Assembly: GCF_000011125.1 (NCBI RefSeq)
Contig: NC_000854.2
Coordinates: forward strand, 390,001-422,000
DNA length: 32,000 nucleotides
Source of the DNA: Aeropyrum pernix K1
GTDB taxonomy: Archaea > Thermoproteota > Thermoprotei_A > Sulfolobales > Acidilobaceae
Reading direction: 5' to 3'
The notes below the pieces were generated by a model, which worked only from the letters and a program-made list of their open reading frames with translations, ran no database searches and was not told the DNA's origin. This document shows, piece after piece, positions 16,510 to 26,584 of the stretch; position 1 is the first letter of the stretch, and each line of letters opens with the position of its first letter. The translations under genes and the position numbers were made by a program.

Positions 16510-17257
16510 TCCTGGGTATGAGGAGTGGTATCGCCCTGGCGGACATTACTATTTCGGGGAGGCTGTCGGGCGGCTCGCCCACGCTCCGGACGTACATCGA
16601 TATAAGGCTCAGGCTGCTCCTAGCCTCCACACCCATCTCCCTAGCCCTAACCCTCAGCCTGTAGTCGTCGGAAAGGAGGACAACACCCTCCCTGGCGGCG
16701 TATGAGAGGACAGCCGCCTCCAGCGGCGTCGCCAGGAGGTCCCGAGGCTCCTCCTCCGGCACCTTTATATCGGTGAGTGCAAGGCCGTTAACAGGCCTGA
16801 ACCCCCTCCTTATCCTCCACGCGTCCAGCAGGTGGAGCTGGCTCTCTATCGCCGAGGGGGCCTCGAACACGTAGCCCTCTGAGGAGAGGTGGGCCATGAG
16901 GTCTGCCAGGCCTGTGGAGTATAGGGTGTAGGCCGTGAGGGCGTCCACAACGAGGACCTCCCCCGTGGGGGGAGCGTAGTCCTCCGCCACCACAGCCCCG
17001 ATGCTGGGGGTCACACCCCTCTCCAGCAGGTAGTCTATGAACCCCCTGAACGTCTCGTCCGCGAACTCCGCGGCGTAGTGGAGGGTCGAGCCCCTGTGTA
17101 CATACAGGTCTAGGGCGAGGCTCCTGAGGTCCATGCTCTGGAGCATGCTCCTCACGGCCTCCCTAACAGCCTCCGCGACGCTGGCGTATAGGCCCATCTC
17201 AGCTAGCCTCCTGAGCTTCCTCTCCAGGATCCCGCCGATCTCTATGGTGACAACCAA
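16481..17257 (-). CDS. Ribbon-helix-helix-like domain fused to PIN-like domain (single-polypeptide VapB-VapC-like)
   Basis: N-term TIEIGGILERKLRRLAEMGLYASVAEAVREAVRSML (RHH-like); C-term VLVVDALTAYTLYSTG, APSAIESQLHLLDA, TPLEAAVLSYAAREGVVLLSDDYRLRVRAREMGVEA (PIN-like acidic pattern). Confidence 0.7.
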   Translation of the reverse strand: MVVTIEIGGILERKLRRLAEMGLYASVAEAVREAVRSMLQSMDLRSLALDLYVHRGSTLHYAAEFADETFRGFIDYLLERGVTPSIGAVVAEDYAPPTGEVLVVDALTAYTLYSTGLADLMAHLSSEGYVFEAPSAIESQLHLLDAWRIRRGFRPVNGLALTDIKVPEEEPRDLLATPLEAAVLSYAAREGVVLLSDDYRLRVRAREMGVEARSSLSLISMYVRSVGEPPDSLPEIVMSARAIPLLIPRSALEAWGVE

Positions 17258-17349
17258 AACCTCAACCCCCCGTGGCGGGGCTTCCTGAATAGCCTTTCCC
17301 GCCTGGCGGTTTAAAAGATGGTTTCGGGCTGGAGAAGGGGTAACGGTTT

Positions 17350-17355
17350 AAAAAA
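17350..17355 (-). terminator. T6 tract downstream of the subtilisin-like gene
   Basis: ggtttaaaaaaccc on + strand (T-run on - strand), 37-42 nt beyond the stop at 17392. Confidence 0.4.
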
Positions 17356-17391
17356 CCCTTGTATAAAGGATTGGCCTGAGCCGCCGTAGGG

Positions 17392-20300
17392 TTAGCTTAG
17401 GGGTGCTGTGGCGGTGAAGAACCCTGGCACCCTGAATATGGCGAACTTGTAGGGCCCGTAGTCGAAGCCTATGTCGTAGCTCCTGGCCAGCGGAGTGAGC
17501 AGCGCTATGGAGACCTCCTCCTCGCCCTGGTATGTGAATGTGACCTCAACAACGTGGGTTAGGCCGAAGCCGAGGGTGCTGGGGGTAACCGTGGCCCCTT
17601 CCACGCTGGTGTAGACCTGGGCGTAGCTTATTAGGGCTGTGCCTGTTATGGTGAACCTAACAGTCACCTCCTCGCCCTCCTGCAGCTCTCCGAGGACCTC
17701 TGCCGTAACCCTCACTGGCCTGAGCTCGACGGTGAAGGTCTCTGGGAACACGGTGGAGGCGTCTATTATGCTGTTCCTAACCACTACCCAGTACGGCTTC
17801 CCGGCTTCCGCCACCGGCGCCAGCACTATGGACTTGGTCTTCGAGGGTGTCTCGTAGTAGGGGACGAGGCCGCTCCTGCCTAGGGCCCCGCCGTGGTATG
17901 CCATCTTGGCGGCCACCACGCTGCCGTAGAGGTAGGCTATGTCCTCCTCAGTATCGGCGGCCAGGAAGTTGTAGCCGGGTCCTCCCACAGCAACGTCTAT
18001 GGCCGTGTCGGGGCTCTGCCACTCTACCGCCACCACTACAGCCTTCACCGACGGGTCCTCGAACACTACGGGGAAGGTCCTCCAGTCGCCGCTCTCGTAC
18101 CTCCAGCTCCAGTCGAACTTGCCGCTAACGGCGTACTGCCTGTAGGGCGCCTCCTCGACAAAGCCTCCGAAGTCTAGCACTCCAGTCTCACTATCAACAA
18201 CGGCGGCGACCGGTACTGAGACTGGCACCAGAGTCTTGCCGCCGTCGCTGTAGGCTATCTCTATGTAGTACTGGTAGACCCCGGGAGCCGCGTCCTCAGG
18301 TACCTGTATGGCAACCTCCGCCTCAACGCCTTCCGGCGTTACTGTGGTGCTGCTGAGGCTCACGCTCAGCCCGCAGGCGGGGAATCTGTGGAGGAACTCG
18401 GTCTCAAGCTTTAGGGGCAGCTCAAGCTGCTGCCCTATGAGGCCGTAGACGTTGAAGAGTATCCTGAGGTCTAGCACCGGCACGGCGTCTTCTGGGGAGA
18501 CCTCTATGCCCCACCTCCCGGTTAGCCACTCGGCAACCTCGGCAGCCTGGGACTCGGGGTTGCCGATCTCTACGTGGAGGGTGTTTGCGTATCTAATGTC
18601 GTAGTTCACCCTGGCCGTCTCGCCGAGGGTTATGACGCCGTCACCGTCTAGGTCGAAGCCTAGGTGGAACTCGGCCCCGAGAATTAGGTAGGGTACCCCG
18701 GGGGAGGGGCCGTAGGTCCTCCCGGGGTCCATTATTGTGTAGGGGAAGCTGACTATGATCTCGTTCTCGTACTCCAGCGGCTTGGCGAGGCCCTGGAGGT
18801 ACTCCTGCTTCATCGGGACGATTATCCTCCTCTCGTCGCCCTGGAGCAGCAGCGTCAGGGTGGAGCCGTCCTCACCCACCCCGGCGAGCCTCTCCTGCAG
18901 CGGCACCGTGGATCCGTCGGCCAGTATCACATAGGCGTTCTCCAGGTCCAGATACTCTAGCAGCCCCTTCCTGACTACGTGGAACGTGTAGGCCTTCACA
19001 TCCGAGACCTCAGCCTCGCCGGAGAGGGTCTTGAGGACCAGCGTCTCGACGGCGGTCTCGCCCGGCTTCAACACGCCGGGGTATATCTGGGTGTCCTCAA
19101 CCGGGTTGGGGGCTAGGAATGGGTAGCTGTAGCCGGAGAGCAGGCTGTAGACGTTCTCGTAGACGCTGGTGGAGAGTGCTATGGGGACTCCACCCTCTAG
19201 TACGGCCTTCACGGCCCTGTAGACGTCTACCTGGCCCGAGCCCTGGGTGAAGGCGTCGGCCCCCGTGTCCCTTGCTGTGCTCTTTAGTATAGCCTTGACC
19301 AGGCCTGGGCTGGGCTTGGCGCCGAAGGCCTGCTGGTAGGCGCTTATGACTAGGGCGACGCTTCCGGAGGTCATGGGGGTCGCCTCGCTCGTCCCGCCGA
19401 AGATGTCGAATGCTAAGGAGCCGTTACCGAGCCCGGTGAGGACCGGGACTCCGGCCCAAGCGAAGCTCCCTATGTTGACCACGTCAGGCTTGGCAACGCC
19501 TATCTGGCTGGGCCCCCTGTCGCTCCAGCTGATGACGTCGCCTCCCGGCGAGGGCAGGTAGCCGTAGAAAGGCCTGTAGTCGAATAGGGTGCTGGCTCCC
19601 ACGCTTATTATCAGGCTCCCGGCACCCGGGGTTGTGGCGGTGCCGTATCCGGGGCCTCCGTTGCCCATGGCATGCACTATCACCGTCCCGCTGGCGGAGA
19701 CTATGTAGTCCTCTATGGTTGCGTAGTCATCGGCGCCGGTGAGGAAGCCTCTGAGGGCTATGTAGCTGTTGCCCCAGCTGTTGTTAATCACGTCTACCTG
19801 GTGCTCCCCCGTGTACACCCAGTTCAGCGGGCTGTCCTGGGGCTCGAAGCCGGAGAGGAAGAGCTGGGCGACGAACACGTTTATGAGGAAGCTGCCTCCC
19901 GCGGCTATCTTAGCCCCGGGGGCCACGCCCCTCAGGCTCGTCTCTATGTATCCCAGGTTGAACTCCACGTTACCCCTCGAGGCTATGACCGTAGCCACGC
20001 TGGTGCCGTGTGCCAGGGTGTCGTAGAGTATTGACACCCACCTACCCTGCGGGTCTAGGCCTGGCAGTACCAGGCCCGCGTAGTCGAATCCTAGCCTCCA
20101 GCCAAGGTTCACGCTCTCCCCTGTCAGCAGCCCGACCCAGTCGTAGGTCCAGCCTGCTAGGGCGCCTGCGCTGAAGTCGTTGACCCCGTCTCCCGTGAAG
20201 TCTCTAGCCAGGACCTCGCTCCCGTAGCTGGCGGGGGTTTCGTCGGCGAAGCTGAGGTCGAGCAGGCTTGGGTCGGGCTCCCCGCTTATCATGCCAGTGT

Positions 20301-21387
20301 CACTGAGGGCTTTGAGGAATAGGTAGTAGGCTGTGCTGAGGTCGGCGTAGACCGTCTCGTAGCTGCCGTCGCCATCCCCGTCGGCCAGCAGGACTGGTAG
20401 GGAGTAGTTGAGTATGCCTAGGGAGCCGTAGAGTATGAAGACCGTCTGCACTGCGAGGCCGAACTTGAAGACGCCCCCGGCAGACTCTATGTCGCCGACG
20501 AAGAACCTGTCTATCGGGAACTCGTAGTACGCCACCGTGCCATCGGGGCTTATGTAGAGTAGCCAGCCGGCCTCAGCCTCTCCATAGCCCATGAAGAAGA
20601 GGTCTATGAAGGGGACTGGCGTGGACACATTTACATAGCCCTCCTCATCCTTCACAGCCTCCGAGAGCGTCAGGGCGAAGCCAAGCTGGTCGGCGTCGAA
20701 TATGAGGGGAGTCCCGTCCTCAGCCCGGGCTATGGACTCGACGCCCAGGTCGCTGTGGCCGTAGTCCACCCCCGTATCAACGACGGCGACCTTAACACCC
20801 TCGCCCGTGACCCCGAACTCCTCCCAGACCCTGGAGGCGCCTATGGCGTCGACCGCGGCGTAAAGCGTCGGCTCCACACCGGGCTCGGGCTGGAGCTTCT
20901 CTAGCAGCTCAACCTCCCTGAGTATGCTCGACACGGGGCTCCTGGACTTTAGAATGGCTGCCACGCCCTCGAGGCTGGCGAGAGCCTCAACACTCTCCCT
21001 GTCGGCCCAGGCCTCTATAACCCACTTTCCACCCATGTTCAGGCCGAATATGACACCCTCCGTCAGCCCAGCAACCTCCTCGGGGTTGCCGCCCAGGTAG
21101 ATGATGGTCACCTTAGCCTGCCCCTCCCTTAGGGGCTCGAGACCAGAGGCGAGCCTCTGCTCCCTGAGCTTGGCGATCAGGCTGGACAGCTCAGGCGTGT
21201 ATGCCACGTCGACGGGCATATCGTAGCCCTCGGGGTTGAGGAGGACAGGGTCTACGTAAGCTTTGTATTCTGGCGTAGGCGGAGCGGCGGATGGGGTGTA
21301 GGAGGGTGCTAGGGGTAGTAGCATTATTAGTATGAGGAGAGCGGCGGCGAGCCTCACGGCTAACCCACTAATTCTCGGAGTGTGCAT
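17392..21387 (-). CDS. Giant secreted subtilisin-family (S8) serine protease, 1331 aa
   Basis: Signal-like N-terminus; catalytic motifs VKVAVVDTGVDYGHSDL (Asp), DTLAHGTSVATVIASRG (His), FGGTSEATPMTSGSVALV (Ser); long insertion between Asp and His motifs; large C-terminal beta-rich region. Confidence 0.95.
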   Translation of the reverse strand: MHTPRISGLAVRLAAALLILIMLLPLAPSYTPSAAPPTPEYKAYVDPVLLNPEGYDMPVDVAYTPELSSLIAKLREQRLASGLEPLREGQAKVTIIYLGGNPEEVAGLTEGVIFGLNMGGKWVIEAWADRESVEALASLEGVAAILKSRSPVSSILREVELLEKLQPEPGVEPTLYAAVDAIGASRVWEEFGVTGEGVKVAVVDTGVDYGHSDLGVESIARAEDGTPLIFDADQLGFALTLSEAVKDEEGYVNVSTPVPFIDLFFMGYGEAEAGWLLYISPDGTVAYYEFPIDRFFVGDIESAGGVFKFGLAVQTVFILYGSLGILNYSLPVLLADGDGDGSYETVYADLSTAYYLFLKALSDTGMISGEPDPSLLDLSFADETPASYGSEVLARDFTGDGVNDFSAGALAGWTYDWVGLLTGESVNLGWRLGFDYAGLVLPGLDPQGRWVSILYDTLAHGTSVATVIASRGNVEFNLGYIETSLRGVAPGAKIAAGGSFLINVFVAQLFLSGFEPQDSPLNWVYTGEHQVDVINNSWGNSYIALRGFLTGADDYATIEDYIVSASGTVIVHAMGNGGPGYGTATTPGAGSLIISVGASTLFDYRPFYGYLPSPGGDVISWSDRGPSQIGVAKPDVVNIGSFAWAGVPVLTGLGNGSLAFDIFGGTSEATPMTSGSVALVISAYQQAFGAKPSPGLVKAILKSTARDTGADAFTQGSGQVDVYRAVKAVLEGGVPIALSTSVYENVYSLLSGYSYPFLAPNPVEDTQIYPGVLKPGETAVETLVLKTLSGEAEVSDVKAYTFHVVRKGLLEYLDLENAYVILADGSTVPLQERLAGVGEDGSTLTLLLQGDERRIIVPMKQEYLQGLAKPLEYENEIIVSFPYTIMDPGRTYGPSPGVPYLILGAEFHLGFDLDGDGVITLGETARVNYDIRYANTLHVEIGNPESQAAEVAEWLTGRWGIEVSPEDAVPVLDLRILFNVYGLIGQQLELPLKLETEFLHRFPACGLSVSLSSTTVTPEGVEAEVAIQVPEDAAPGVYQYYIEIAYSDGGKTLVPVSVPVAAVVDSETGVLDFGGFVEEAPYRQYAVSGKFDWSWRYESGDWRTFPVVFEDPSVKAVVVAVEWQSPDTAIDVAVGGPGYNFLAADTEEDIAYLYGSVVAAKMAYHGGALGRSGLVPYYETPSKTKSIVLAPVAEAGKPYWVVVRNSIIDASTVFPETFTVELRPVRVTAEVLGELQEGEEVTVRFTITGTALISYAQVYTSVEGATVTPSTLGFGLTHVVEVTFTYQGEEEVSIALLTPLARSYDIGFDYGPYKFAIFRVPGFFTATAPLS

Positions 21388-21628
21388 GTAAACCCACCCT
21401 AGAATAGTAGGCTGTATGAATTATGTCAGGCCTGGAGGATATTAAAGATTAGCAGGAATTCCTAATGTATAAACGTAAAGACTGAACTATGAATACCGGG
21501 CGAGGTAGGACTGGAAACTTGTACTCTCATGAATAGACCGGTCATAAAGTAAAGATAAACCAGGTTTGGAGGTAAAAAGAGGTTTAATTTAAAAATTGTG
21601 GGTGTTTTGTCTGCCGCCTCTCTTGGTG

Positions 21629-24600
21629 TTACTCTCTCCTGGTTAGCTGTAGTACAAGGTAGCCCGCTACGCCTAGCACTGCTAGTGAGAGGACCGCGTT
21701 GATTATGCCCCAGGTCTGCGCCCTGCCGCTGGCGCTCTCCGCCGTGTCGCCCACCTGGCCTAGCTGCTCCTGTATGTCAGCCACAGCGCTGCTCACGCTG
21801 TCAACCTTGCTCGATATGCTGTCTAGCTTGCCGTTGGCGTCGTCCAGCTTGCTGGATATTGTGCTTGTGTCCTGCTTCACGCTGGCCACGTCTCCAGCCA
21901 CGCTCGCCAGTGTGGACTGTATGTCGGTGATCTTCGCCGTGTCGTCCTGGACGGCGGCTAGGGTCTGGGCTATAGCCTCAGCCTGTGCCGCTAGCTGGGC
22001 GTTCTGGTCGCTTATTGTGGAGAGGTCCTCTAGGACCTGGTCGAGCTTCACGTTAACTCCGCTCTCTATCAGGTCCTTGAGGGTCGACATGTCTGCTGTT
22101 AGGGTGCCCATGGAGGTGGTTATGGTTGCGAGCAGCTGGTTGTTCTCGACGACTACCTCCTCGATGGTAGCGTTAGCCTCCACAAGGTCCTCTAGGCTGA
22201 CGCTGACATCTCCGAGTATCGTCTGCACCTCTGCAACTCCGTCGGAGACCGCGGTTATCTTGGCGTCAAGCGTGTCGAGGCTCTCCAGTATCAGCTGCTG
22301 GCCGTCAAGCACTAGGGCGACGTTGTCCTCCACCGCCTTTATCACTGCGTCGGTGCTGTCGGCCACTATAGTCTGGAGGTCCTGGACGCTCACCAGTATA
22401 GTGCCCGCCGTGGTCTTGATCTCTGCCACGTCACCCTGTATGGTGGTCAGAGTCGCGTTCATCGCGTCTAGCAGTTCTAGTATTGTTGCGACATCGCCCT
22501 GTATGGTTGCGACGCCGTTGGAAATCTCCGCCAGATCCCCGCTTATCTCGTCGAGCTTCATAGTTATCTCCTCGCCAGTCTGCTGCAGAAGCTCTGTAAG
22601 CTCGTCGACGCTGGCCTGGAGGTTTCCTAGGTCTGTCTGGAGTATCGCCACGCCTTCATTTATCTCGGTGACTGTAGCCTCTATACTGTCTAGCTTAGTA
22701 TCTATTACGGTTAGGTCGTCCTGTATAGCTAACACTATGCTCTTGACCTCGGAGATGCCTTCCTCGACGCTGGATAGGTCTACTATTGACAGCACACCGC
22801 CATCAGCGCCCAGCCTGACAACGCCGAGTGTATAGTCTATTGTGTCTGGGACTAGGTGGAACTCTGGTGTCGGGTTTGTAAGGTCAGAGTCGTTCTCCAC
22901 CGTCTGCACTACTATCTTGTCTATCACTATCTTTACATACTGGCCTGCCAGGCTCTTGTCGTAGTTCGGTATTAGCACCAGGAATATCGCTCCGCTCAGC
23001 GTTGAGGCGTCATACGGGTTAGCGAAGGTATTGTTAACGAAGTCGTAGTAGCTTATTGCTGTTCCAACCGTTGTGAACAACGTTGCACCCGCCAGAGTCT
23101 TAACGCTTACCTGGACCGTCACAGCCACTATGGTATCGTCTGCGAAGGTTGCTGAGGGATCATCGTCTACCGGGTCAGTTAAACTGCTGAACGGGGTGAA
23201 CGATACGTACAGCTTCAGGGGTGTTAGAGGCGTTAGTATGTATGTCGAGAGCATTGCGTTTGAGCCTATGGCGGGTACGACCTCGGCGAGGTTCAGCGAC
23301 CGGGCGACAACCTGTCCCGTCTGGACGTCTACCACAACCGCTTCAAACATGCTTGCTAGCGCCACGTTTATCAGTTCCGGCGCTACCGTTACAGTTGCGT
23401 TTATAGTGCCGTCCACGCTGGCCTGGAATGCCGCGGATTCGAAGGTCTCACCTGCGAGGGAGACCAGGGGGTCTTCGGTGCCAGGCTTTACCAGAACCAC
23501 CTTGTAGAGTCCTCCCGACTTTGCCCCGTGAGCTATTACCTGTACCTGCACATTCTCACCGGATGCTGCCACTTCTGACACACCGTCACCGTCTATGTCC
23601 GTGTTGAGTATGGTGACCTTCCAGTGTGGCACGAGTTCTATGTTGAATGTGAACAGGCCTCCTAGGCCTCCCTGCATGTGGAGTGTGTGGGTTGTTGCTG
23701 GGGTCTGGAAGTTCTCTACAGTGTACATGACAGCGCCATTATCGTCAACACCGACGACATACTCGTCACCGCTTAGAGTCACAGTCACGCCTGTGTCGGC
23801 GATTACGTCGAAGGAAGCGGGTGTAGAGCCTGGGGTCGTTATAGTTGGGGATCTGATCTCAATCGAGTCCTCGTCAGTGTAGTTGAAGGCGGCGAAGAGC
23901 ACTCCTCCCGGCGGGCCAGCGAGTATCTCACTCTCCATCGGGTAGACCTGGATTATCTGGGGCTCGAGGCTGAGTGGGTCGCTAACCACTAGGTAGTAGA
24001 GCCCCTCCTCGATGAAGCTGAAGCCCTGGGCCTTTATCGTCAGCGGGTATACCCCCGGCTCTCCGGGGGCAACCGTGTCCAGCGGGTATGGTTCATTACT
24101 TATTATGTCCTGACCGTCGACCTCCACCACAGTATCGCCTATGTAAACCTCGTAGGTTAACCCTGGGACGACATAACCTGTATTATCTGCATCTATTTCG
24201 AGCGTATCGGTTGTCCCGCTGTTGAGGCTGTTCCCTGGCTTGTCTGTGCTGTACTTTATAGTGCCGAGAGCCGTTGAGTCTATCTCGTATGATGTGTTGA
24301 AGGTCAGGAGCTCAGGCACCTTGTACTCCAGCACTGTGGAGAAATAGGCCGAGGTGTCATTATCACTATCCTGTGCTATCACAGTCACGTCCTTACCTGT
24401 ATTCTCTATGTCTGGGGCTATGTGGACGTACTGGGCCACACCCCTGCTGTCGGCTACTACTGTACTAGCAGACGACTCCAGATCTATCTCCTCTGTTATG
24501 GTCACGGTTTCGAAGGGCTCGACACCGCATATGGTTATTATGAACTGTGTGCCATTCCCAGCCCATATACCACCGTCTTCGAAGTAGAATGCTGTCTCAC

Positions 24601-26293
24601 CCACGTCCACAAAGTATGTCGGGACGATGTCTATGAATATGCCGTCCTCGTTGTCCATGTTTATGTTGTCGTAGAAGCCTCCCCTCACCGCCACCGCGGT
24701 GAACGCATAGTCCATATCACCAGTTGCGTCTGCGTCTGGGAGAGGACCTATTTCGGCCAGGTTTACTGTCAGCTTGGCAGCCCCCCGGGAGTCCGTCGTC
24801 ACGGTTCCCAGCAGGAACGGGCCGAGGTATATGCTCACCGTAGCCCTGGCCATTGTGTTGAACACCACAACCTCGACGATGGAGTCGCTGCAGCCGGGTA
24901 TTTCTAACGGCGAGTTGGCGCTTGTGAGTGGATCACCGTCGACATACACCACCAGCCCGCTGTCTCCATAGGTGAAGCTGTCGGGCGGCACGTCAGGCCT
25001 GCTGGCTACGAGGGCTGCAGGGAACTTTATCTCTGTTACAACATGTAGATCAGGCTCTACGTCGTGGTTCCATACTATAGTCGAATCTCCGCCTCTTACA
25101 TAGAGGTAGAGGTCTAGCGAGCCCCTGTCCTGGCCCTCTATATCGTCTTCGAGTACGGTAGTGACCGACAGGCTCCCCCTCTCGGTTGTAGACACTGGAC
25201 CATCTATTATGAGGTCGAACGTGTTACCAGTGCCCGAGAAGGGGTTCTCTAGCCACCCAACCTCCAGGGAGCCGTCGCCGTCAATGTCGTTGCCCACCTG
25301 GGTGCTGAATGGTAGCCCCCTTATGTCCAGGCTTATAGTCTCGCCAGCATCACCCTCGATCACGAAGGGCTCGGCCTCGAAAAGCTTCGGTATTATGTAT
25401 ATGGGGGTGAAGGCTAGTGTCGCGTGCCTCTCCCCGGCGTCCTCATAGTATATGACTGCTATGAGGAGGTGTATACCCATCGGCAACTCCTTGGGGAGCC
25501 TTAGCGTGCCCGTCTCACCCGGGCTTATTCTAACACTGTTTCCTGAGCCAACCCAGTCTAGGTACACATATATCCTCTCGGTAGTACCGGGGATGTTGCC
25601 TACGGAGAACTCGACCTCGTCGCCAGGCCTGTATATAGGCAGCACATAGCCTTCATACATGGGGTCAATATCGAAGATAGTGTCAGTGGGTGGGTCTCCG
25701 GAAAGGAGGCCGTGGTCTATCTCCATCCTAGCATCCTCTACTGTGGCGTAGGGGTTTAAGGCGGTGATTGTAGGGGCGCCCGACACTAAATCCGCTACTG
25801 TGAACTCGATCCTGCCTACGTTGCCGGCCTCATCCTTAATCCTCAGCTCGTAGGGACCTACCGTAACGGTCTCTCCAGTCTCAGCGGTAATATCCTCCAT
25901 GTCTATAACCAGAGTGGGTGGTGTGAGGTCGCTCGGGTCCTCGACCCACTCGCCCAGCACATACCTGAGCCTGGCTTGATTGTCTCCGCCGTACACGGCT
26001 ATCGGCGTGGTGAAGTCGTAGACGCCGAAGCTCGTCCGCTCGCCAACTATCCTCCATATCTCGAAGGTTAGGCCTGAAGCGTCCTGGAAGCCCTGTCCCA
26101 CTATGGTGAGCGCCACCATATCCTGCATCTGATCTAGGTCTATGACCAGAGGCTCATCGAACCCCGGCTCTATGGTCTGAGCAGGGATAACATCCTGAGC
26201 AGCCTGCGCTATCGGCAGTACGGTCGGCAGCGTGAAGAGCGCCACCATCAGAGCCGCTATCGCTATACTCACGATTCTCACGCCTATACTCAC
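21629..26293 (-). CDS. S-layer / surface stalk protein, tetrabrachion-like architecture, 1554 aa
   Basis: Signal-like N-term (VSIAIAALMVALFTLPTVLPIAQA), repetitive beta-rich ectodomain, C-terminal long coiled-coil-like region from about 22800 to 21700 (e.g. VEEGISEVKSIVLAIQDDLTVIDTKLDSIEATVTEINEGVAILQTDLGNL), terminal TM plus LTRRE. Confidence 0.85.
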   Translation of the reverse strand: MSIGVRIVSIAIAALMVALFTLPTVLPIAQAAQDVIPAQTIEPGFDEPLVIDLDQMQDMVALTIVGQGFQDASGLTFEIWRIVGERTSFGVYDFTTPIAVYGGDNQARLRYVLGEWVEDPSDLTPPTLVIDMEDITAETGETVTVGPYELRIKDEAGNVGRIEFTVADLVSGAPTITALNPYATVEDARMEIDHGLLSGDPPTDTIFDIDPMYEGYVLPIYRPGDEVEFSVGNIPGTTERIYVYLDWVGSGNSVRISPGETGTLRLPKELPMGIHLLIAVIYYEDAGERHATLAFTPIYIIPKLFEAEPFVIEGDAGETISLDIRGLPFSTQVGNDIDGDGSLEVGWLENPFSGTGNTFDLIIDGPVSTTERGSLSVTTVLEDDIEGQDRGSLDLYLYVRGGDSTIVWNHDVEPDLHVVTEIKFPAALVASRPDVPPDSFTYGDSGLVVYVDGDPLTSANSPLEIPGCSDSIVEVVVFNTMARATVSIYLGPFLLGTVTTDSRGAAKLTVNLAEIGPLPDADATGDMDYAFTAVAVRGGFYDNINMDNEDGIFIDIVPTYFVDVGETAFYFEDGGIWAGNGTQFIITICGVEPFETVTITEEIDLESSASTVVADSRGVAQYVHIAPDIENTGKDVTVIAQDSDNDTSAYFSTVLEYKVPELLTFNTSYEIDSTALGTIKYSTDKPGNSLNSGTTDTLEIDADNTGYVVPGLTYEVYIGDTVVEVDGQDIISNEPYPLDTVAPGEPGVYPLTIKAQGFSFIEEGLYYLVVSDPLSLEPQIIQVYPMESEILAGPPGGVLFAAFNYTDEDSIEIRSPTITTPGSTPASFDVIADTGVTVTLSGDEYVVGVDDNGAVMYTVENFQTPATTHTLHMQGGLGGLFTFNIELVPHWKVTILNTDIDGDGVSEVAASGENVQVQVIAHGAKSGGLYKVVLVKPGTEDPLVSLAGETFESAAFQASVDGTINATVTVAPELINVALASMFEAVVVDVQTGQVVARSLNLAEVVPAIGSNAMLSTYILTPLTPLKLYVSFTPFSSLTDPVDDDPSATFADDTIVAVTVQVSVKTLAGATLFTTVGTAISYYDFVNNTFANPYDASTLSGAIFLVLIPNYDKSLAGQYVKIVIDKIVVQTVENDSDLTNPTPEFHLVPDTIDYTLGVVRLGADGGVLSIVDLSSVEEGISEVKSIVLAIQDDLTVIDTKLDSIEATVTEINEGVAILQTDLGNLQASVDELTELLQQTGEEITMKLDEISGDLAEISNGVATIQGDVATILELLDAMNATLTTIQGDVAEIKTTAGTILVSVQDLQTIVADSTDAVIKAVEDNVALVLDGQQLILESLDTLDAKITAVSDGVAEVQTILGDVSVSLEDLVEANATIEEVVVENNQLLATITTSMGTLTADMSTLKDLIESGVNVKLDQVLEDLSTISDQNAQLAAQAEAIAQTLAAVQDDTAKITDIQSTLASVAGDVASVKQDTSTISSKLDDANGKLDSISSKVDSVSSAVADIQEQLGQVGDTAESASGRAQTWGIINAVLSLAVLGVAGYLVLQLTRRE

Positions 26294-26329
26294 CCTCTAA
26301 AGGGCCGTGGAATACTGGCCCACACCGGG

Positions 26330-26338
26330 TTTATAAGG
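26330..26338 (-). promoter_or_regulatory. Putative TATA box (CCTTATAAA) of the S-layer gene
   Basis: cgggtttataagggtt on + strand, about 37 nt upstream of the start codon at 26293, implying a very short 5' UTR. Confidence 0.55.
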
Positions 26339-26584
26339 GTTACTAGCCCCCCGGAGCCCCAAGACCCCCCGGGAAACCCGGGGGAAACCCAGGGGAGCCT
26401 CCTGGGGAGGCGTGGGCTTCAACGGACGGTCATCCATTATGACTGGGGGCTGGGGAGGCATGGGATCCTGGAGGCCTTGGGTTTGAGAAGGGGGAAATCT
26501 GGGGGGTTAGAGTAGTTTTGGGCCTGGGCTTCTGCGGGGGGTAACGGCCTGGGGCCGGAGGATCGGGCTGGTGCAGTCTCGTGT

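Noticed and set aside
21699-22835. 378-aa + strand ORF (track)
   Set aside because: Antisense to the coiled-coil region of the S-layer gene; Ser/Thr/Val-rich low-complexity translation is a mirror of the repetitive Asp/Ile/Val/Ser coding sequence, with no domain signature.
26340-26560. G/C-run-rich stretches (cccccgggaaacccgggggaaaccc, gggggctggggagg) considered as a structured RNA or G-quadruplex regulator
   Set aside because: Several short hairpins are possible but all are explainable by homopolymer-rich GC composition; no consistent larger fold or companion motif was found.
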